Shown: positions 43,817 to 52,448 of the stretch, in pieces
How the letters are laid out: each line of letters starts with the position of its first letter
Position numbering within the stretch: position 1 is the first letter of the stretch
Source of the DNA: Acidimicrobiales bacterium
GTDB taxonomy: Bacteria > Actinomycetota > Acidimicrobiia > Acidimicrobiales > Bog-793
Reading direction: 5' to 3'
Assembly: GCA_035533595.1 (NCBI GenBank)
Contig: DATLTN010000031.1
Location: 14,363-78,362 of the forward strand
DNA length: 64,000 nt
Program-made: the position numbers and the translations under genes
Notes under the pieces: model-generated
The model's input: the letters and a program-made list of their open reading frames with translations, nothing else
Database searches by the model: none
Told to the model about the DNA's origin: nothing

Positions 43817-44631
43817 CGCACGAGGCGGCGCTCGAAGGTGCGCCGCGCCACCAGCGCGCCGAAGAGGGCGAGGGCGAGGAGGTAGCCGGCGTGGCCAACG
43901 CTCGCCGAGGTCGCGAGGTGCCCGAGGGTCGCCGCCCTCGCCAGCGCGACCCCGTGGTAGAGCGGCGTCGCCATCGCGAGCAGCTGCAATGGGCGCGGCA
44001 GCTGGGTGATCGGGAAGAACGAGCCCGAGAACAGGAAGAGCGGGATCACGATCAGGCGGTGGATCGTGGGGAAGCCGGCGTCGGTCTCCTGGGTCGCGGT
44101 GAACGCGATGCACGGCGTCGCGAAGGCGAGGCCGACGAGCACGCCGACGGGGAGGGCGACCAGCGCCTCGGGGGAGGTGAGCGCCCCGAAGGCCCACATC
44201 ATGACGACGAAGACGGCGCTCGTCATCAGCTGGCGGAGGGCGACGAAGGCGAGCTGGCCGGTGAGGATGTCCTTGGCCCTGAGCGGCGTCTGCGCCATCG
44301 CGAGGTAGGTGCGCTCCCACTTGAAGCGGCCGAGGATCGGCCAGGTCCCCTCCTGGGTCGAGATCTGCATCGCCGAGGATGCGAGGATCCCCGGGGCGAT
44401 GAAGGCGAGGTAGGAGACGCCCCCGAGCGCGGCGGCGTGGCTGGCCGCGAGGTGGCGGTTGACGAGGCCGCCGAGGCCGATGCCCATCGCCGAGAGGTAG
44501 AGCACGGGGTAGATGAAGTTCATCTCCACCGAGCTCCGCCAGGTCCTCCGGTACTGGACGAGCAGCCCGAACAGGGCGCGGCTCCACAGCGGCGTGGCGC
44601 GGTCGCGGCGGGGGAGGCTGAGCGCGCTCAA
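43813..44631 (-). CDS. ABC-2 type transporter permease (first of two)
   Basis: 272 aa. ...YRRTWRSSVEMNFIYPVLYLSAMGIGLG...FLFSGSFFPITQLP... Confidence 0.8.
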   Translation of the reverse strand: MSALSLPRRDRATPLWSRALFGLLVQYRRTWRSSVEMNFIYPVLYLSAMGIGLGGLVNRHLAASHAAALGGVSYLAFIAPGILASSAMQISTQEGTWPILGRFKWERTYLAMAQTPLRAKDILTGQLAFVALRQLMTSAVFVVMMWAFGALTSPEALVALPVGVLVGLAFATPCIAFTATQETDAGFPTIHRLIVIPLFLFSGSFFPITQLPRPLQLLAMATPLYHGVALARAATLGHLATSASVGHAGYLLALALFGALVARRTFERRLVR

Positions 44632-45557
44632 TCGACGAGGGTGCGCCCGGTGAGGGCGAGGAAGACGTCCTCGAGCGAGGCGCGTCGCACGAGCGGGTGC
44701 AGGTCGCGGGGATCGATCTTCGAGAGGGCGGCGACGAGCGCGTCGCCGTCGGCGACGTAGCAGCAGAGGCGGTCGGCGAGCTGCTCGGTGCGCTCGGCGA
44801 GCGGCGCGAGCTCCTCGATGAGCGAGCGGTAGTCGCCGTCCTCGACGCGGATCTCGACCACCTCGCGGCTGACGTGCGCGCGGATCAGCTCGCGCGGGCT
44901 CCCCGAGGCGACGATGCGGCCGTGGTCCATGACGACGAGGCGGTCGCAGAGCTGCTCCGCCTCGTCCATGTAGTGGGTGGTGACGATCTGGGTGACGCCC
45001 TCACGCTTCAGGCGGTGGAGGCGCTCCCAGACGAGGTGACGGGCCTGTGGGTCGAGGCCCGTCGAGGGCTCGTCCATGATCACGAGCTCCGGGCGGGAAA
45101 TGAGCGCGCGGGCGATCGTCAGCCGCCGCCGCATGCCCCCCGAGAGCTGGTCGACGCGGTCGTCCCCGCGCCCCTCGAGCTGCGCGAAGGAGAGCAGCTC
45201 GGCGGCGCGGGCGCGCGCCTCGCGGCGGGGGATGTCGAAGTAGCGGGCGTAGACGCGCAGGTTGTCGAACACCGTGAGCTGGTCGTCGAGGGCGTCGTCC
45301 TGGGGGACGACGCCGAGGTGGGCGCGGATCTCGGGACCGTCGGTCGCGGGGTCGAGGCCGCGCACACGCAGCTCTCCGCTCGTCGGCGGCGACATGCAGC
45401 CGATCATCCTCATCGTCGAGCTCTTGCCGGCGCCGTTCGGGCCGAGGAAGCCGAAGACCTCGCCCGGCCAGATGTCGAAATCGATGGCGTCGACCGCGAC
45501 GAAGTCGCCGAAGCGCTTGCTGAGCGCGCGGGCGCTGACGACGGGGGAGCGCGCCAT
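44628..45557 (-). CDS. ABC transporter ATP-binding protein (DrrA/NodI-like exporter ATPase)
   Basis: Inside ORF 44628..45770, from ATG 45557. Walker A GPNGAGKSS, signature LSGGMRRR, Walker B LVIMDEPSTGLD. Confidence 0.9.
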   Translation of the reverse strand: MARSPVVSARALSKRFGDFVAVDAIDFDIWPGEVFGFLGPNGAGKSSTMRMIGCMSPPTSGELRVRGLDPATDGPEIRAHLGVVPQDDALDDQLTVFDNLRVYARYFDIPRREARARAAELLSFAQLEGRGDDRVDQLSGGMRRRLTIARALISRPELVIMDEPSTGLDPQARHLVWERLHRLKREGVTQIVTTHYMDEAEQLCDRLVVMDHGRIVASGSPRELIRAHVSREVVEIRVEDGDYRSLIEELAPLAERTEQLADRLCCYVADGDALVAALSKIDPRDLHPLVRRASLEDVFLALTGRTLVD

Positions 45558-45588
45558 GCCGAGACGGTACTGCCGGGCTGCGCGACCA

Positions 45589-45617
45589 TTGACCTCGTCA
45601 GCAGGGTGCGGGAGAAT
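45589..45617 (+). promoter_or_regulatory. Candidate housekeeping-sigma promoter for the LigB-type dioxygenase gene: TTGACC - 17 nt - GAGAAT
   Basis: ttgacc at 45589-45594 and gagaat at 45612-45617, read directly, about 55 nt upstream of ATG 45673. Confidence 0.35.
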
Positions 45618-45672
45618 AGAAACCGTCCGTACACTGATCGTTCTGGACCGCTGGACCGCAAGGAGAGAGCCA

Positions 45673-46755
45673 ATGGCAGAGATCGTTCTCGGGATCGGCA
45701 CCTCGCACACCCCCCTGCTCGCCCTTCCGGGCAGCCTCTGGGAGGAGTACGCGACGGTCGACCGCCGCAACCCCGAGCTCGTCTTCCCACCCGACGGGTG
45801 GTCGATGAGCTTCGACGAGGCCGTGGCGAACTACGTCCCCAAGGAGATCCAGGACAAGCCCCGCAGCGTCGACGTCTTCAACGAGCAGGCCGACCGCTGC
45901 CAGCGGGCCATCGCGGTCCTCGCGAAGACCGTCGAAGAGGTGAACCCGGACATCACGATCATCGTCTCGGACGACCAGGACGAGTGGTTCTACGAGTCGA
46001 ACATGCCGATGTTCTCGATCTTCTGGGGTGACAGCGTGCCGATCCGCCCCCGCAAGGGCGGGGGCCCCTGGCCGAACGCGGAGATCTCGCGGCGCATCGC
46101 CGAGGGCTACGGCGACGTCGCGATGGACGTGCCGGTCGCCTCGGACCTCGGCCGCTACCTCATCGAGTACCTGCGCGACCACGACTTCGACATCAGCCAC
46201 TTCAACTACGTCGAGGACACCTACAAGGGCAGGGTCGCCCGTCGCTACCCGACCAAGGACGGCGAGATCGACTCGGTCCGCGAGACCGCCGAGAAGGACC
46301 AGGGGCTGCCGCACGGCTACTCCTACGTGGTGAAGCGCGTCTTCAACAACCAGCCGCGGACGATCCTCCCGGTGGTGCAGAACACCTGCTACCCGCCGAA
46401 CCAGGTGACCCCGCGTCGCTGCTACCAGATCGGCAAGGCGATCGGCGCGGCGGTGGCGGCCTGGCCGAGCGACCTGCGGGTGGCGGTTGTCGCCTCGGGC
46501 GGCCTCAGCCACTTCGTCACCGACGAGGAGCTCGACCGCTCGCTGATCGCGGCGCTCGAGCAGAAGGACGGCTCGGCGCTGCAGGGCCTGCCGCGGCACC
46601 GCCTCTACTCGGCCACCTCGGAGTCGATGAACTGGGTGACCGCGGGTGGCGCCCTCGAGGCGACCTCCCTCAACTTCGAGCTCGTCGACTACGTCCCCGT
46701 CTACCGCACCGAGGCGGGGACGGGCGGCGGGTGGTGCTTCGGCCGCTGGCTGTAG
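45673..46755 (+). CDS. Class III extradiol ring-cleavage dioxygenase, LigB family
   Basis: Inside ORF 45262..46755. ATG 45673 is preceded by AGGAGAGAG. MAEIVLGIGTSHTPLL...IIVSDDQDEWF...VASGGLSHFVTDEELD. Confidence 0.7.
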   Translation: MAEIVLGIGTSHTPLLALPGSLWEEYATVDRRNPELVFPPDGWSMSFDEAVANYVPKEIQDKPRSVDVFNEQADRCQRAIAVLAKTVEEVNPDITIIVSDDQDEWFYESNMPMFSIFWGDSVPIRPRKGGGPWPNAEISRRIAEGYGDVAMDVPVASDLGRYLIEYLRDHDFDISHFNYVEDTYKGRVARRYPTKDGEIDSVRETAEKDQGLPHGYSYVVKRVFNNQPRTILPVVQNTCYPPNQVTPRRCYQIGKAIGAAVAAWPSDLRVAVVASGGLSHFVTDEELDRSLIAALEQKDGSALQGLPRHRLYSATSESMNWVTAGGALEATSLNFELVDYVPVYRTEAGTGGGWCFGRWL

Positions 46756-46778
46756 GTCTGTCGGAGGGGAGTGGGCGA

Positions 46779-46804
46779 CAGCCCCGGGCTCCGGCCCGGG
46801 GCTG
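46779..46804. terminator. Strong GC hairpin between convergent genes (CAGCCCCGGG-ctccgg-CCCGGGGCTG)
   Basis: 10-bp perfect arms at 46779-46788 and 46795-46804. Confidence 0.55.
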
Positions 46805-46845
46805 TGGCGTGCCGGCGGGCGATGCGCGGTCGCGAGAGCGTCTCC

Positions 46846-48195
46846 TCAGCGCCGGGTCGCGGTGAGCGTTTCGGCTCCGCTGCCGCGGATCGAGGCGTCG
46901 AGGACCTCGATCGTGTGTGCGCTCGCCATCTCGCTCCCCGCCCTACGCAGCGCCGCCGCGATCTGCATCGTGCAGCCCGGGTTGGCGGCGACGAGCAGCT
47001 CGGCCTCGGCGCGGGCGACGTTGGCTGCCTTGCGGTCCCCGAGCGCGCTCGCCGCCGCGGGCTGCAGCAGGTTGTAGACGCCGGCCGAGCCGCAGCAGAG
47101 CTCCGGCTCGGCGAGCTCGACCCGCCGCAGGCCGGGGATCGCGTCGAGCAGCAGACGCGGCTCGGCGACGATCTGCTGGGCGTGCGCGAGGTGACAGGCG
47201 TCGTGGTAGGCGACGGTGATCGGGAGCGGGTGGCGGGGGGCCACGGGCTCGATCCCGGCGAGGAACTCCGCGACGTCGCGCACCTTGCTCGACAGCGCCG
47301 CGGCTCGCGCCGCCCAGGGCGGTTCGTCGGCGAGCAGCTCGGCGTACTCCTTCATCGCCGAGCCGCAGCCTGCGGCGTTGACGACGATCGCGTCGAGCTC
47401 TGCTGCCTCGAAGGCGGCGATCAGCGCGCGGGCGAAGCGCTGCGCCTCGGCCTTGCGGCCGCTGTGCGAGGAGAGGGCGCCGCAGCAGCCGGCGGCGGCG
47501 GGCGCGACGACGTCGAAGCCCTCGGCGGCGAGCACCCGCACGGTGGCCGCGTTCACCGCGGGGAAGAAGGCGCCCTGCACGCAGCCGACGAGGAGCCCGA
47601 CGCGGCCGCGGCGCGGCCCGCTCGCGGGGGTGAAGGCCGCGACCGGGGCCTCCCTCCGCACCACGGGCGCGACCTCGAGCATCGCCGGGAGGGGGGCGGG
47701 GAGGCGGCGGCCGACGGCGCTGATGCGCAGCGCCTCCAAGAGACGCGTCCGCCAACCCGGCGCGAGCAGCACGGCGAGCGGGGCGAGGCGGCGGCGGTAG
47801 GGGAAGAGGGAGAAGATCAGCCGCCGCTGGAGGCGCTCGCGTCGGCTCGGCCGCCCCGGCTCGATGACGGCCCGCGCCTCTTCGATCAGGCGGTCGTAGC
47901 GGACCCCGGAGGGGCACGCCGTGAGGCAGGCCATGCAGCCGAGGCAGGCGTCGAGGTGCTGGTAGAGGGCGGGGGAGGGGGGGGCACCCTCGATCCCTTC
48001 GCGCATCAGGTAGATGCGCCCCCGCGGCGAGTCGGCCTCGTCGCCCCACAGCACGTAGGTCGGACAGGTCGGCAGGCAGAAGCCGCAGTGGACGCAGTCC
48101 CCGACGAGGGCGGGGTCCGGGCCGTGCTCGGCGAAGACGCCGCCCGCCACCGGGTGCGGGCCGATGCCGTGCGGCCGCTCGGCACGCCCGGCCAT
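46846..48195 (-). CDS. glcF: Glycolate oxidase iron-sulfur subunit
   Basis: Frame of ORF 46846..49452, from ATG 48195. CVHCGFCLPTCPTY and CLGCMACLTACPSG ferredoxin-type motifs plus two Cys-rich CCG repeats (CCGSAG, CCGAL). Confidence 0.85.
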   Translation of the reverse strand: MAGRAERPHGIGPHPVAGGVFAEHGPDPALVGDCVHCGFCLPTCPTYVLWGDEADSPRGRIYLMREGIEGAPPSPALYQHLDACLGCMACLTACPSGVRYDRLIEEARAVIEPGRPSRRERLQRRLIFSLFPYRRRLAPLAVLLAPGWRTRLLEALRISAVGRRLPAPLPAMLEVAPVVRREAPVAAFTPASGPRRGRVGLLVGCVQGAFFPAVNAATVRVLAAEGFDVVAPAAAGCCGALSSHSGRKAEAQRFARALIAAFEAAELDAIVVNAAGCGSAMKEYAELLADEPPWAARAAALSSKVRDVAEFLAGIEPVAPRHPLPITVAYHDACHLAHAQQIVAEPRLLLDAIPGLRRVELAEPELCCGSAGVYNLLQPAAASALGDRKAANVARAEAELLVAANPGCTMQIAAALRRAGSEMASAHTIEVLDASIRGSGAETLTATRR

Positions 48196-49388
48196 CAGGC
48201 GGCCACGAAGCGGCCAGGGGCGAGGCGATCGCCTGGGTCGAACGAGGCCTTCACCGCCCGCTGCAGCGCGGGCGCGGGGAGCGGGCCGTAAAGGTCGAGA
48301 CCGGCGCGTCGCCCGGCGGGCGCGCGCAGCACGATCGCCCCGCCCCCCGCCGCGGTCGCCGCCTCGCGCGCGGCGCGCAGCACGGGCGCGAGGTCGACCT
48401 CCGGCCCGGCACCGAGGAACAGGACGCCGACGCCCGCCGCGCCGCGGAGCACGAGCCCCTCGCCCGGCCCTCCGAGGCCAGCGAGGCTGCTGTCGAGGTG
48501 GTCGAGGAGCGGGCCGAGCGTGCCGGGGGCGAAGGTGAGCTTCAGCGTCGAGTCGCCCGGGAGCGAGCCGAAGCCCTCGGGAGGCACGGCGCCGGCGGCG
48601 AAGCGGGCGCCGGTCAGCGCCTCGAGCTGGTCGGCACGGGCGGCCACGCTCGCCTCGGAGCCCTCGAGGAGGACCGTGACGGCGTAGGGGCCGCGGCCGT
48701 CCCGCCCGAGCTCGACCGCCGCGGGGGCGGCCGTCGAGGTCGCCACCCGCCGCACCGTCGCCGCGGCGGACTCGGCCTCGGACCAGCTCGCGCTGAGGTA
48801 GCGGCGCGCCGCCGGGAGGGGGTGGAGGCGGAACCACGCCTCGGTGATCGCTCCGAGGGTGCCGAAGGAGCCGGTGAAGAGCTTCCCGAGGTCGTAGCCG
48901 GCGACGTTCTTCACGACGCGGCCGCCGCTCCTCGCGACCCTGCCGTCGGCGCGCACCACGGTGATCCCGAGGAGCAGGTCGCGCACCGAGCCGAAGGCGT
49001 GGCGGAGCGGGCCGGAGAGGCCGGTGGCGATCAGCCCGCCGATGCTCGTGCCGGGGACGACCTCGTCGATCGCCAGGCGCTGGCCAGCGCGGGCGAGCTC
49101 GGCGTTCAGCTCGGCGAGGCGGACCGAGGCCGAGGTGCGCACGACGAGGTCGCCGGCTGCGTGCTCGATGACCCGCTCCATCGCGGAGAGGTCGACGACG
49201 GCGTCGAGTTGGCGCGGCGGCCGCCCCCAGTCGAGCTTGCTGCGACCGGTGACGAAGACGACGGCCTCGCCCGCCGCCGCCCCCTCGGTGAGCAGGGCGG
49301 CGAGCGCCTCGGTGCTCTCGGGGCGCACGGTGCGCCGCGCGGGGACGCCGTCGACGCTGTCGTTCGCGGCCGGAGCCTCCTCGTCCAT
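48195..49388 (-). CDS. glcE: Glycolate oxidase FAD-binding subunit
   Basis: ...VVFVTGRSKLDWG...SVRLAELNAELARAGQRLAID...VKNVAGYDLGKLFTGSFGTLG. Confidence 0.8.
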   Translation of the reverse strand: MDEEAPAANDSVDGVPARRTVRPESTEALAALLTEGAAAGEAVVFVTGRSKLDWGRPPRQLDAVVDLSAMERVIEHAAGDLVVRTSASVRLAELNAELARAGQRLAIDEVVPGTSIGGLIATGLSGPLRHAFGSVRDLLLGITVVRADGRVARSGGRVVKNVAGYDLGKLFTGSFGTLGAITEAWFRLHPLPAARRYLSASWSEAESAAATVRRVATSTAAPAAVELGRDGRGPYAVTVLLEGSEASVAARADQLEALTGARFAAGAVPPEGFGSLPGDSTLKLTFAPGTLGPLLDHLDSSLAGLGGPGEGLVLRGAAGVGVLFLGAGPEVDLAPVLRAAREAATAAGGGAIVLRAPAGRRAGLDLYGPLPAPALQRAVKASFDPGDRLAPGRFVAA

Positions 49389-50848
49389 CAGAAGACCTCG
49401 ACGGCGCCCGGCACCGTGAGCGGGTGCGCGCCGCGCCGCCCCGGCACCTCACCGCACAGGCGCGGGGTGGGGAAGATCTTCCCCGGGTTGGAGAGGCCCG
49501 CGGGGTCGAAGGCGCAGCGCAGCAGCTGCATCGTGTCGAGGTCGTCCTCGCCGAACATCCGCCCCATGAACTGCACCTTGTCGGCGCCGACGCCGTGCTC
49601 GCCGGTGATCGAGCCGCCGTGCGCGATGCAGAGGTCGACGATCGCCGAGGAGACCGCCTCGGCGCGCTCGGCGTCGCCCTCCACCGACTCGTCGAACAGG
49701 ACGAGCGGGTGGAGGTTGCCGTCGCCGGCGTGGAACACGTTCGCCACCCGGATGCCCGCCGCGAGGGCGAGGGCGTCGATCGCCCGCAGCACCTCGGGGA
49801 GCTTGGTGCGGGGGATCACGCCGTCCTGGACGATGAAGTCCGGCGACAGCTGGCCGACCGCGGCGAAGGCGGACTTGCGCCCCTTCCACAACAGCGCCCG
49901 CTCGGCCTCCGAGGTCGCCGTGCGCAGCTCGGAGGCCCCGTTCGCGAGGCACAGCGCCTCGACGGTGGCGAGTCCCTCGGCGACGTCGATGCCCGGGCCG
50001 TCGAGCTCGACGAGCAGGACCGCGCCGCAGCCCTCGGGGTAGCCAGGGTGGACCGCCGTCTCGGCGGCGAGGATGGCGAGGGCGTCCATCATCTCGATCG
50101 CCGCGGGGAGGACCCCCGAGGCGATGATCGCCGAGACCGCGGCGCCCGCCTCGTCGGTGGTCGCGAAGCCGGCGAGCAGGGTGACGACCGCCTCGGGGCG
50201 GGGGAGGAGGCGCAGCGTCGCCTGCGTGAGGATGCCGATCGTCCCCTCGGAGCCGACGAAGGCGCCGAGCAGGTCGTAGCCGGGGGCGTCGGGGGCCTTC
50301 CCGTTGCCGAGGGTGACCTGCTCGCCCGAGGGGGTGACGAGCTCGATCCCGGTGACGTGGTGCGTGGTGAAGCCGTGCTTCAAGCAGTGCGCGCCGCCCG
50401 AGTTCTCGGCGACGTTGCCGCCGATCGAGCAGATCTGCTGGCTCGAGGGGTCGGGCGCGTAGAACAGTCCGTAGGGGGCGGCGGCGCGGCTGACGTCGAG
50501 GTTGATGAAGCCAGGCTCGACGACGGCGCGCTGGCCCTCGGCGTCGAGCTCGACGAGGCCGCGCATCTTCGCGAGCACGATCAGCACCCCCTCGGTCGAG
50601 GGGAGGGCGCCCGCCGAGAGGCCGGTCCCCGAGCCGCGCGCGACGAAGGGGACCGCCGCCTGCGCGCAGGCGGTGACGATCGTCGCCACCGCGTCGGCCG
50701 AGGTGGCGAAGGCCACGAGGCCGGGGACGGCGCGGTAGTGCGAGAGGCCGTCGCACTCGTAGGTGCGCAGTTCGGCGGGATCGTCGAGGACCGCCCCGTC
50801 GCCGAGGGCGGCCCGAAGGCGGGCCGCGAGCTCCCCGAGGGTGCTCAC
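49388..50848 (-). CDS. glcD: Glycolate oxidase / FAD-linked oxidase subunit
   Basis: ...PFVARGSGTGLSAGALP...GGNVAENSGGAHCLKHGFT...NVFHAGDGNLHPLVLFD...ITGEHGVG. Confidence 0.85.
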   Translation of the reverse strand: MSTLGELAARLRAALGDGAVLDDPAELRTYECDGLSHYRAVPGLVAFATSADAVATIVTACAQAAVPFVARGSGTGLSAGALPSTEGVLIVLAKMRGLVELDAEGQRAVVEPGFINLDVSRAAAPYGLFYAPDPSSQQICSIGGNVAENSGGAHCLKHGFTTHHVTGIELVTPSGEQVTLGNGKAPDAPGYDLLGAFVGSEGTIGILTQATLRLLPRPEAVVTLLAGFATTDEAGAAVSAIIASGVLPAAIEMMDALAILAAETAVHPGYPEGCGAVLLVELDGPGIDVAEGLATVEALCLANGASELRTATSEAERALLWKGRKSAFAAVGQLSPDFIVQDGVIPRTKLPEVLRAIDALALAAGIRVANVFHAGDGNLHPLVLFDESVEGDAERAEAVSSAIVDLCIAHGGSITGEHGVGADKVQFMGRMFGEDDLDTMQLLRCAFDPAGLSNPGKIFPTPRLCGEVPGRRGAHPLTVPGAVEVF

Positions 50849-50926
50849 GCCGCCGACGTCGGTCTCAGGCGCTTTCCGTTGTCCGGCATGGCCCGAGAGC
50901 TTAGGAGCGCCCGCCGTGCCCGGCGC

Positions 50927-51320
50927 TCAGCCCCGCAGCCCGGCCCGTTGCCGTTCCGGGGCGATGACGAGGATCACCCGCTTGCTGCGGACCGCCCGCT
51001 CGTGGGACTTGCCCGTGTAGCGCTCCGAGAGGCCGTCGAGGTGGCGCCGCGCCTCGTCGCCGCCGCGGATCTCGGTCACCTGCCCGCGGGGCCTCGACGT
51101 AGCGGTGCAGCCGCGCGGCGTCGATGATCGCCACGGCGGCGCGCGGGTCGCGCTCCACGTTGCGGCACTTCTGGTGCGCCCGCTCGGTGTTCACGTAGAG
51201 ATGCCGTTCGTCGGCGTCGATCCAGACGAGCTGGGACTGCGGGCGGCCGTCGGGGAAGAGCGTGGTGAGCACGGCGTAGTTCTGGCCGGTGGCGAGGTCG
51301 CGGATCTCCTCGTCGAGCAC
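50927..51320 (-). pseudogene. PPOX-class (pyridoxamine-5'-phosphate-oxidase-like, probably F420-dependent) protein gene with a +1 frameshift
   Basis: ORF 50901..51320 reads LDEEIRDLATGQNYAVLTTLFPDGRPQSQLVWIDADERHLYVNTERAHQKCRNVERDPRAAVAIIDAARLHRYVE and then becomes Arg/Pro junk. Shifting one base at the C4 run (plus-strand gggg 51088-51091) gives RGQVTEIRGGDEARRHLDGLSERYTGKSHERAVRSKRVILVIAPERQRAGLRG, with a stop at 50927. Confidence 0.75.
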
Positions 51321-51515
51321 CGCGGCGCGCTACCGACGGCCCGGCGTGCCTGCGCCGACGACGCGGGGCGCTCGCGCTGCGCCGCTCGGCGAGGACCGCG
51401 CCGCCGAAGAGGTGCGGGCGGCTGACGTCGGCACGACACGCATTCGCCACCTCGACGCGGCGGCACCTCGGTGCCGGCCGGCCCATCAGAGCCGGTAGCC
51501 GCGTTGCCGAGAGGC

Positions 51516-52079
51516 TCAGGGGCGCAACGCGTAGTGGAGATGGACGACACCGCTCTCAAAGCGGTGCTCGTCGAGGAGTGCGAGCTCGACGCGCACGTCC
51601 TCGGGCAGCGCTCGCTTCCCGCCACCGAGGACGATCGGACAGAGGAACAGGTGGCACTCGTCCACTACGCCGGCCGCGATGGCGGTGCCTGCGAGCTCGG
51701 CGCCTCCGATGCTCAAGTCGTGAGGCGACGTCTCCTTGAGCCTCCTCAGCACGTGAGGCTCGAACTCGCGCTCGATGCGGGTGCGCGCGCTCGACGGCGC
51801 GTGCAGCGTCCGGGAGTAGACGACCTTCTCGGCGGCCCGCCAGATCTCCGCGAACTCCCTGTTCACCAGCGGTTCATCGCCGCCCGTCCCGATCGTTTCC
51901 CAGGCGCGCATCGTCTCGTACATCCGCCGCCCGTAGAGGTGGGTGCCGATCGGGCGCTCGAGGGCGTTGATGAAGGAGAAGAGCTCCTCGTCCGGGACGC
52001 CCCAGTCAAAGGAGCCCTCGGCGTCCTCGACGTACTCGTCGAGCGAGGTGATCGCCGAGTACGTGCACCAGGCGAGCAC
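51516..52079 (-). CDS. Dihydrofolate-reductase-like (RibD C-terminal domain) family protein
   Basis: Frame of ORF 51516..52427, from GTG 52079. VLAWCTYSAITSLDEYVEDAEGSFDWGVPDEELFSFINALERPIGTHLYGRRMYETM...IGGAELAGTAIAAGVVDECHLFLCPIVLGGGKRALP. Confidence 0.75.
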   Translation of the reverse strand: MLAWCTYSAITSLDEYVEDAEGSFDWGVPDEELFSFINALERPIGTHLYGRRMYETMRAWETIGTGGDEPLVNREFAEIWRAAEKVVYSRTLHAPSSARTRIEREFEPHVLRRLKETSPHDLSIGGAELAGTAIAAGVVDECHLFLCPIVLGGGKRALPEDVRVELALLDEHRFESGVVHLHYALRP

Positions 52080-52082
52080 GCG

Positions 52083-52448
52083 CTGCGGCTCGGCTACCTC
52101 GCGCCCGGCGATCAGCTGCCGACGGTCCGGGACGTGGTCGCCTCGCTGGCGATCAACCCGAACACCGTGCTGAAGGCCTACCGGGAGCTGGAGAACAAGG
52201 GCCTCGCGGTCGGACGCCCCGGCCAGGGGACGTTCATCGTCGCGACGCTCGGCCAGGTGGCGTTGCCCGAGCTCACCGAGCTCCGACGCTCGCTCGCCTC
52301 CTGGGTGGCGACCGCTGACGCGGCGGGCCTCGACGAGGACGGGATCGCAGCGCTCGTCGCGAACGTGATGCGGGATTTTCGTGAGCGCCGCGGGGGTACC
52401 GCCGCGCGGCGCGGCGCTGCGCGGCACGAGGCGGAGGGCGTGGCGTGA
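52083..52448 (+). CDS. GntR-family (YtrA-subfamily-like) transcriptional regulator; 5' end unresolved or truncated
   Basis: Frame of ORF 51471..52448. LRLGYLAPGDQLPTVRDVVASLAINPNTVLKAYRELENKGLAVGRPGQGTFIV is the winged-HTH. There is no ATG/GTG/TTG in frame between 51942 and 52083 (the nearest is GTG 51939), and the region upstream of 52080 is occupied by the divergent DHFR-like CDS. Only the domain-supported part is given. Confidence 0.6.
   Translation: MRLGYLAPGDQLPTVRDVVASLAINPNTVLKAYRELENKGLAVGRPGQGTFIVATLGQVALPELTELRRSLASWVATADAAGLDEDGIAALVANVMRDFRERRGGTAARRGAARHEAEGVA

Noticed and set aside
46846-49452. The 868-aa ORF read as a single protein.
   Set aside because: Only the last 449 codons (GlcF, from ATG 48195) are protein-like. 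The upstream part is the out-of-frame shadow of glcE.
50927-51320. Programmed ribosomal frameshift in the PPOX-like gene.
   Set aside because: I saw no slippery heptamer or downstream structure. A single extra C in a homopolymer is more simply explained as a mutation or a sequencing error.
51471-52448. Long versions of the GntR ORF (325 aa) and of the DHFR-like ORF (303 aa, 51516..52427).
   Set aside because: Each long form is largely the antisense shadow of the other gene. Only the domain-bearing parts are credible.
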